From the IMG/VR virus record IMGVR_UViG_2838948833_000001, positions 10,725 through 74,724 of that record: DNA of 64,000 nucleotides. The stretch is one strand, 5' to 3'. Each line of letters starts with the position of its first letter. Within the stretch, counting starts at the first letter, position 1. The notes under the pieces were generated by a model, which was given only the letters and a program-made list of their open reading frames with translations, made no database searches and was not told the origin of the DNA. Shown piece after piece: positions 58,847 to 64,000 of the stretch. Both the position numbers and the translations under genes were made by a program. This DNA comes from a virus (Duplodnaviria > Caudoviricetes).

Positions 58847-59356
58847 ATGGATACAAACTATTTTACAAATTGCAAAACATTAGACGAAGCTAAGAACTTA
58901 TTTAAAAAGCTTTGTTTTGAGTTACATCCTGACACTAGTGGTTACAACTCACAATCTGAATTCATACAAATGTTTAAGGAATTCAAATCTTTAGAAAACC
59001 GTTTCAATACTTCTAACACAGAAGAAAATAAAAACAACTCTTTTAATGCTGAACAATTCTATAACATCGTAAAGATGTTCGAAGGATTAGAAGGAATCAA
59101 TATTTCTTTTGTCGGTTCCTTTATATGGCTTACAGACTTAACACCCGGGGCGATGTACTCACAAAAAGAAAGAATCAAAACTATTGCGATTGATAATTAT
59201 AACGCTCCCCGCTGGGCAGGACAAAAGAAGTCTTGGTATTTCTCTCCTAGTGATTATGTGAAGAAAGGAAGATCTAACAAAGACCTAAGCGAATTAAAAG
59301 ATTTATTCGGCTCTACTGATTTTCAAACTAAGTCAAACTTAAAACTAGCAATGTAA
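58847..59356 (+). CDS. J-domain (DnaJ-like) protein
   Basis: L.EAK..FKKL...LHPD; C-terminal GS.IW...W...KK.WY domain. Confidence 0.85.
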   Translation: MDTNYFTNCKTLDEAKNLFKKLCFELHPDTSGYNSQSEFIQMFKEFKSLENRFNTSNTEENKNNSFNAEQFYNIVKMFEGLEGINISFVGSFIWLTDLTPGAMYSQKERIKTIAIDNYNAPRWAGQKKSWYFSPSDYVKKGRSNKDLSELKDLFGSTDFQTKSNLKLAM

Positions 59357-59598
59357 TGACACCACATCAATACCGCCTTAAAACAGAATCTTTTTGCAAA
59401 CTAAGAAGCACAAAAGGATTAAACAATGATTTAGACATAAATGATCAAACTTGGGATCAAAGGCAAATATTAAAAGTCATTGCTTATGACAGGACTTATT
59501 CTTTATTAATTGTTGAGAATGAAAACGGTCTTCAATGGAAAACAGATTTAAAAAAAATGGAATTCTGTTGGGAAGACGGAAGAAAAGTAAATAAATAA
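59356..59598 (+). CDS. Hypothetical protein
   Basis: TAATG coupling. Confidence 0.6.
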   Translation: MTPHQYRLKTESFCKLRSTKGLNNDLDINDQTWDQRQILKVIAYDRTYSLLIVENENGLQWKTDLKKMEFCWEDGRKVNK

Positions 59599-59658
59599 CC
59601 AAAACCGCCCTTACTACTTACCACACAATGTAAGGGCGGTTACTAAACCCTATTAAAA

Positions 59659-59886
59659 ATGAAATACAATCTTATCCTTGCCCTTGCGGGCGTGTGCTTG
59701 GTACTTACTGTATCTGCTATTTGGGCTTTTCATAGCATAACTAAGCAAATCGAAAAAATAGAAGAAGCTAACGAACAATACTACCGCTTCATTTGGAATG
59801 ATGACCCCGAAGGACTTCCGTCTGCAGGAAACAAAATTGTTATCGAAGAAATCAACGGTAACACAATCTACCTAGGCAATGAGTAA
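59659..59886 (+). CDS. Small membrane-anchored protein
   Basis: N-terminal TM; preceded by hairpin and box motif. Confidence 0.65.
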   Translation: MKYNLILALAGVCLVLTVSAIWAFHSITKQIEKIEEANEQYYRFIWNDDPEGLPSAGNKIVIEEINGNTIYLGNE

Positions 59887-60020
59887 TACTAAACACAGCA
59901 AGCGCCTAAGCTATCAATTGATAGTATTCGCACTCGTTTACTTTACTTTCCAAGTATCAAGAATATTTTTTTAACCCTATTAAAGCACCTGGAGCATGTC
60001 GTTAAACTGCTCTATTTATC

Positions 60021-60410
60021 ATGAAAACAAAAGAAGAAGTAATACGTGAAGCGTGGGGAGATAATTATAACGACCAAATAAATAAAAATGGTTGGCTTAC
60101 AGTAGGTTTTAACTACGAATATAATCACAATGATTTTGACACAATAAGATATTTAGACTGCGTGGAAATCAGACCAAAATCACTCCAAGGAATCGAAAGT
60201 AATAACGGTTGGATTCGTATTGAAAGTAAAAAAGATTTACCTAAAGAAAGTTGTCCTGTATTTATCAAAGATTTTACGGGATGCATTTCAGAAATCCCAT
60301 ATTACTACTTTAACGAATACAAGTTATTTAAAGGACAGAACACCTGTTTAAAATGGGAGGATGTAATAAGTTACTCAACAATTTTTAAACCTAAAAAACC
60401 ACACTATTAA
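60021..60410 (+). CDS. Hypothetical phage protein (DUF551-like C-terminus)
   Basis: RPKSL.GIE.NNGWI.IES..DLP. Confidence 0.7.
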   Translation: MKTKEEVIREAWGDNYNDQINKNGWLTVGFNYEYNHNDFDTIRYLDCVEIRPKSLQGIESNNGWIRIESKKDLPKESCPVFIKDFTGCISEIPYYYFNEYKLFKGQNTCLKWEDVISYSTIFKPKKPHY

Positions 60411-60559
60411 TGAAAACAGCAATATACATTCCAACTGGAGAAACAGTACAACTAACAAATGAAACAAGGGATTTGTACGGACAAGAAGAAATGAAAGTGA
60501 TTTTCCCTAATGGAGCTGAACACTTTGAATTTATGGACGATTTAAACTTTGAAGCATGA
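60410..60559 (+). CDS. Small hypothetical protein (49 aa, MKTAIYIPTG...)
   Basis: TAATG and ATGA overlaps with both neighbours. Confidence 0.65.
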   Translation: MKTAIYIPTGETVQLTNETRDLYGQEEMKVIFPNGAEHFEFMDDLNFEA

Positions 60560-61005
60560 TACAAGCAAGTGAATTAAGGCTAGGAAACCTAGTATTTGTT
60601 GACAACAAGAAATACCATCCCAAACTAAAAAATATTCCTGTAGTAGTTACAGGGATTGAGAAAAAGACATTAACCAATGATCAAAAACAGTCATTCCCTT
60701 TTTCTGATTCATCCATAAGAATCGTACCTACTCAAGGAGAGTTTAAAGATTTAGAGATTGGACAACTGAATGAATTTATCAAACCAATTGAGCTGACAGA
60801 AGAAAGATTGCTGCAATGTGGATTTAAACACACTGGGAATGGTTTCTACGAATTGTTAGGCACTCACATAGGATTATGTAATATTGGTGATGTATTTTTT
60901 AATGTAGGATTTAAAGGGATTACTATTGGTAATATAAAATACCTTCACCAACTCCAGAACCTTTATTTCGCTCTTACAGGAAAAGAATTAGAAATTAATC
61001 TTTAG
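60556..61005 (+). CDS. Conserved Bacteroidetes phage hypothetical protein
   Basis: ELRLGN.V, PI.LTEE.L...GF, YLHQLQNLYFALTG.EL. Confidence 0.8.
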   Translation: MIQASELRLGNLVFVDNKKYHPKLKNIPVVVTGIEKKTLTNDQKQSFPFSDSSIRIVPTQGEFKDLEIGQLNEFIKPIELTEERLLQCGFKHTGNGFYELLGTHIGLCNIGDVFFNVGFKGITIGNIKYLHQLQNLYFALTGKELEINL

Positions 61006-61112
61006 ATTTACTCAATAAAAAAATCCCGTTGGGTTACCACACACCAACGGGAAACATGTCTGCATTTTTTTAAACCCTATTAAAAATTTGCAACTACAAA
61101 ATTAAAAATATT

Positions 61113-61325
61113 ATGTCGTTAAAAGAAGAAATTGCCCAAAAATTAAAAGCCCGCAGAATTGAACTCGGACTTACTATGGAGGAACTTGCAATACTCGTTT
61201 GGGGAGATCCTAAAAAGAGCGGGCAGATTTCCAATTATGAGAACGGAAAACGAGCGTTATCTCTCGATACTTTGGAGTTATTTTTGGAAGCTTTACAGAT
61301 GGAATTAATTTTAAAAAACAGATAA
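61113..61325 (+). CDS. XRE-family HTH transcriptional regulator
   Basis: LK.RR..LGLT.EELA.......IS.YENGKR..SL.TL. Confidence 0.9.
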   Translation: MSLKEEIAQKLKARRIELGLTMEELAILVWGDPKKSGQISNYENGKRALSLDTLELFLEALQMELILKNR

Positions 61326-61471
61326 ACAAAAGACCGTAATTTGTATTATTATGTTTATCTAATGTAAAACAGATATAAATGTATTTAAATTTTGCTGTGA
61401 AGATGTTGTGCAAATCATTAAAAAATAAAATACAAAAACCTAATAATCAATAAATTAAATTACAAAATACT

Positions 61472-61488
61472 AATCCTGACTGGATCAC
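61472..61488 (+). other. Putative attR core (duplicated tRNA 3' end)
   Basis: AATCCTGA-CTGGATC-AC reads as T-loop end, T stem, acceptor 3' strand and discriminator; followed by a terminator at the phage/host junction. Confidence 0.7.
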
Positions 61489-61489
61489 A

Positions 61490-61520
61490 AAAAAGCCTTG
61501 GAAAAATCGAAGGCTTTTTT
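61490..61520. terminator. Intrinsic terminator (bidirectional)
   Basis: AAAAAGCCTT...AAGGCTTTTTT. Confidence 0.8.
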
Positions 61521-61543
61521 ATTTATTTGAAGGAAGCTTAAGT

Positions 61544-62587
61544 CTAGGCTTTCGGATTACTAAATCCGTTTTTTTCTTTCGTACTTCTCAGAAAAATCAA
61601 ACGGTCCTTAAAAACCAGATATTCTACCTGCATGGGGGTCTCTACCGAATGCAAGAAAGTATTATTTAAAGCTGATACATTAGATTGAATATGATGTAAA
61701 CCACCTGATAATCTAATCCAACCCTCTTGTGTTGCAGCACTTCTATGTCGTACTTCCGTCAAATACCACTCTGCGGCAGTACCCCGAAAAACCTGTACTG
61801 CTACTGATGCATCTCTTTTATTTCTAAGTGCCTGTATTTGGGATAGATTCATCAATAGATATATAGTAAATAGCAAAAAGATCGTCGAACCAAAAATGAC
61901 ACACATATAACCAAACATTTCCCAACTTGCACTCCCCTCTTGATATTCAACTAATCCTAAAGTTCCTAGAATAATAAGAAAAATAATCCCTGCAAGTAAT
62001 GCAAATTCCCCTACCCCTTTCCATTGCCTACGAGATACGATTCGCCAATCTTCTGCAGTTGCCTGTCGGTCCTTCATGCATTGATCTTGATTAGGATAAA
62101 TAGCTCCAGCAATCTTCCCATTCGCTAATAAGTAGAGTTCTATCGCTTCAGTGGTTTTGGCAACAACCTCCTTAAATTGAATCCCCCGAAATGTTCCAAA
62201 TCCTGGAACAATTAATGTGCTTTCGAAAACTTGCCCATCAATGATATACCTTACGCGTTTTCTAGGCAACGACTGTATATGTTCCAATTGTCCTTTAATC
62301 ACTGAAAAATCCCCCTTATCCAGCGTATTATCTAACAATTTCGTCCATTTATAATGATAGAAGACAAAGTAGCTACATAGAGCAAAAAAAAAGAATAAGA
62401 TAAGCACTAAAGCCAATTGAAAACCTATGTTTTGCCCCATAAAAGCATTAATAGCAATGAGGAGTACAACCAAAGAGAAGCAAGCTGCAACACCTGAGAT
62501 AGAAGAGTAAATTTTATGATACCTTCTGTGCTCTTGCAATATCCTGTGAATTAACGGCGGTAAGATGGAGGAGGTCTTTTGATTCAT
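61544..62587 (-). CDS. Host membrane protein with two repeats of a 2-TM plus beta domain
   Basis: Four TM helices in two similar halves; higher GC than the phage flank. Confidence 0.75.
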   Translation of the reverse strand: MNQKTSSILPPLIHRILQEHRRYHKIYSSISGVAACFSLVVLLIAINAFMGQNIGFQLALVLILFFFFALCSYFVFYHYKWTKLLDNTLDKGDFSVIKGQLEHIQSLPRKRVRYIIDGQVFESTLIVPGFGTFRGIQFKEVVAKTTEAIELYLLANGKIAGAIYPNQDQCMKDRQATAEDWRIVSRRQWKGVGEFALLAGIIFLIILGTLGLVEYQEGSASWEMFGYMCVIFGSTIFLLFTIYLLMNLSQIQALRNKRDASVAVQVFRGTAAEWYLTEVRHRSAATQEGWIRLSGGLHHIQSNVSALNNTFLHSVETPMQVEYLVFKDRLIFLRSTKEKNGFSNPKA

Positions 62588-62770
62588 GCGGTTACTTTAT
62601 CTTTTGCTGTAAAGTTAATTTGTTATTTCTGATAAAACAATGCAGTCAAGTTGTCCTATTACAAATCCAGGCTTCGCTCTTTGGTGCAAAATTAGAACCT
62701 GGTTATTCTCCTTTTATTTTCCGTAGAAACAAAGGTCAAATGAATAGAAAGAAAAGAACGCTATCTACAC

Positions 62771-63692
62771 AAGAAAGAAAAACTGCCTATCTTGTTAAGA
62801 ATTAAAGGTTTATTTTTTTAACATTTTAACTTCTTCTATCTTTAAAAGAACCAATTTTAAACGATAAATAAAAATGAAAAAATTACTAGTAGGATTAGCC
62901 TTAGCACTTTCTTTTGGTTCATTTGCCAACACTAAAGAAAACGATACAAACGAACAAGTCATAGAAGTACAAAATTGTTATCAGATAGAAATATACGCGG
63001 TTGAATTTTTTCAAGGGATAAAGCTTGGTTCCATGAAAATTGGAACCCATCGCAATCTCTGTACGAGTTCGGAAGCGTGGACGTGGTATAATGAAGTAAT
63101 AGCCTCTTATGACGGGGTAGGTGGATATAACCCATTGACAAAAACCGAAGTTCGAATCCAAATTCCTTTGATGCCAGAGCTATTAGCAAAAGATAAATGT
63201 AATGATTTAGGATTCAGTGTTGTAACAAAGCCATTACCTTCAGAGATCATGTAAAAGAAAAGAAAAATTTTCTTTCTATAAAAGCACTAAGCTACTAAGT
63301 AAAATTAGTAGCTTTTTTTTAAAAAGCAACCTATTGTTCATTCTTCTATCTTCTCTTACTTTCATTGAATGCTCTTTTCTTTCAAGATGGTAAGCATCAA
63401 ATAAATTCGCAACCAAACTCGTGATTTTCCAATACAACAATCAGATTTACTTGTTCAATGAATGTCTCTTATTTTCTCTTTCACAAAAAATGAATACAAC
63501 AGTATATCACTGTTTGCTATACAATAGGTATAAAAGAAAGAAAAACTACCTATCTTGTTAAGAATTAAAGGTTTATTTTTTTAACATTTTAACTTCTTCT
63601 ATCTTTAAAAGAACCAATTTTAAACGATATAACAATGAAAAAATTACTAGTAGGGCTAGCCTTAGCACTTTCTTTTGGTTCATTTGCCAACA
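62771..63692 (+). repeat. ~160-bp direct repeat (62771-62932 and 63534-63692) covering promoter region and signal peptide
   Basis: Near-identical sequence in both copies. Confidence 0.9.
62874..63254 (+). CDS. Host secreted protein, paralogue 1
   Basis: Signal peptide; conserved Cys pattern. Confidence 0.8.
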   Translation: MKKLLVGLALALSFGSFANTKENDTNEQVIEVQNCYQIEIYAVEFFQGIKLGSMKIGTHRNLCTSSEAWTWYNEVIASYDGVGGYNPLTKTEVRIQIPLMPELLAKDKCNDLGFSVVTKPLPSEIM

Positions 63693-64000
63693 CAGGAGAA
63701 ATAGACAAACAAGAAGAGCAACGATTAGAAAGAATCAACTGTTACGAAATACAAATTTATGCAGTAACATTGAACCAAGGGGTTGAAGTAAATTCTACAC
63801 GAATTGGAATACATCATAAAAGCTGTACAGATAGCGAATCTCGTATTTGGTATCAAGAGGTTGTATCCTCGTATGACGGGATGTTCCATTACGATCGTCA
63901 AACACAAACAGGGATATTAGTACAAATCCCTTTAATGCCTCACCAAATGGCTGATGACGTTTGTGGAATATACACAACCATGCCCGTTATTACTAAATAA
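63635..64000 (+). CDS. Host secreted protein, paralogue 2
   Basis: Identical signal peptide; shared CY.I.IYAV, CT.SE...WY.EV..SYDG, VQIPLMP-like motifs. Confidence 0.8.
   Translation: MKKLLVGLALALSFGSFANTGEIDKQEEQRLERINCYEIQIYAVTLNQGVEVNSTRIGIHHKSCTDSESRIWYQEVVSSYDGMFHYDRQTQTGILVQIPLMPHQMADDVCGIYTTMPVITK

Larger units (their letters stand above)
1..61488. mobile_element. Integrated temperate phage (prophage); left end and integrase lie outside the window
   Basis: Contiguous phage replication, packaging, virion and lysis genes. A tRNA-3'-end-like sequence plus terminator at 61472-61520 is followed by host-like genes. Confidence 0.93.

Noticed and set aside
1-61488. Stop-codon reassignment as in some crAss-like phages
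   Set aside because: Genes are full length under the standard code, all three stops are used at coupled gene ends, and neither intact tRNA is a suppressor
62620-62805. 61-aa TTG-start ORF
   Set aside because: Lies in a divergent promoter region and overlaps the duplicated upstream repeat; no coding support
1-64000. CRISPR array, DGR/retron reverse transcriptase, IS element, intron or intein
   Set aside because: No regularly spaced repeats, no YxDD RT, transposase or splicing motifs noticed by eye

Overview
Positions 1 to about 61488 are the right-hand part of an integrated temperate phage in an AT-rich Flavobacteriaceae-like host. The host assignment rests on Bacteroidetes-type TAnnTTTG promoters and Flavobacterium-like proteins. 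Layout: (i) 1-13.8 kb (+): recombination, replication and accessory operon with a RecT-like protein, exonuclease, ASCH, MazG, DUF3127 SSB, initiator with internal iterons, a C5-methyltransferase flanked by two 2OG-Fe(II) oxygenase-like genes, YopX and a nucleoid-associated protein. (ii) 13.9-17 kb: low-GC morons. (iii) 17-51.5 kb (-): podovirus virion and lysis module with crAss-like gene order (tail fibres, holin, amidase, GroES-like, TerS, TerL, portal, scaffold, MCP, ring proteins, split muzzle, GNAT, ejection proteins, 2636-aa polyvalent protein). (iv) 51.5-58 kb: mostly (-) genes (GroES, DEDDh exonuclease, Tad2-like DUF2829, RusA) and an RNA cluster of tRNA-Asp, tRNA-Trp, a distorted tRNA-Leu-like RNA and a ~125-nt structured RNA. 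(v) 58.6-61.3 kb (+): early genes and an XRE regulator, then a tRNA-3'-end-like attR and host genes. The most striking observation is a candidate natural toehold-switch circuit. The leaders of the terminase large subunit and the endolysin share a conserved single-stranded motif followed by a hairpin that masks the start region, and the tRNA-linked structured RNA carries the complement of that motif. Protein family calls come from motif recognition by eye, not database searches.
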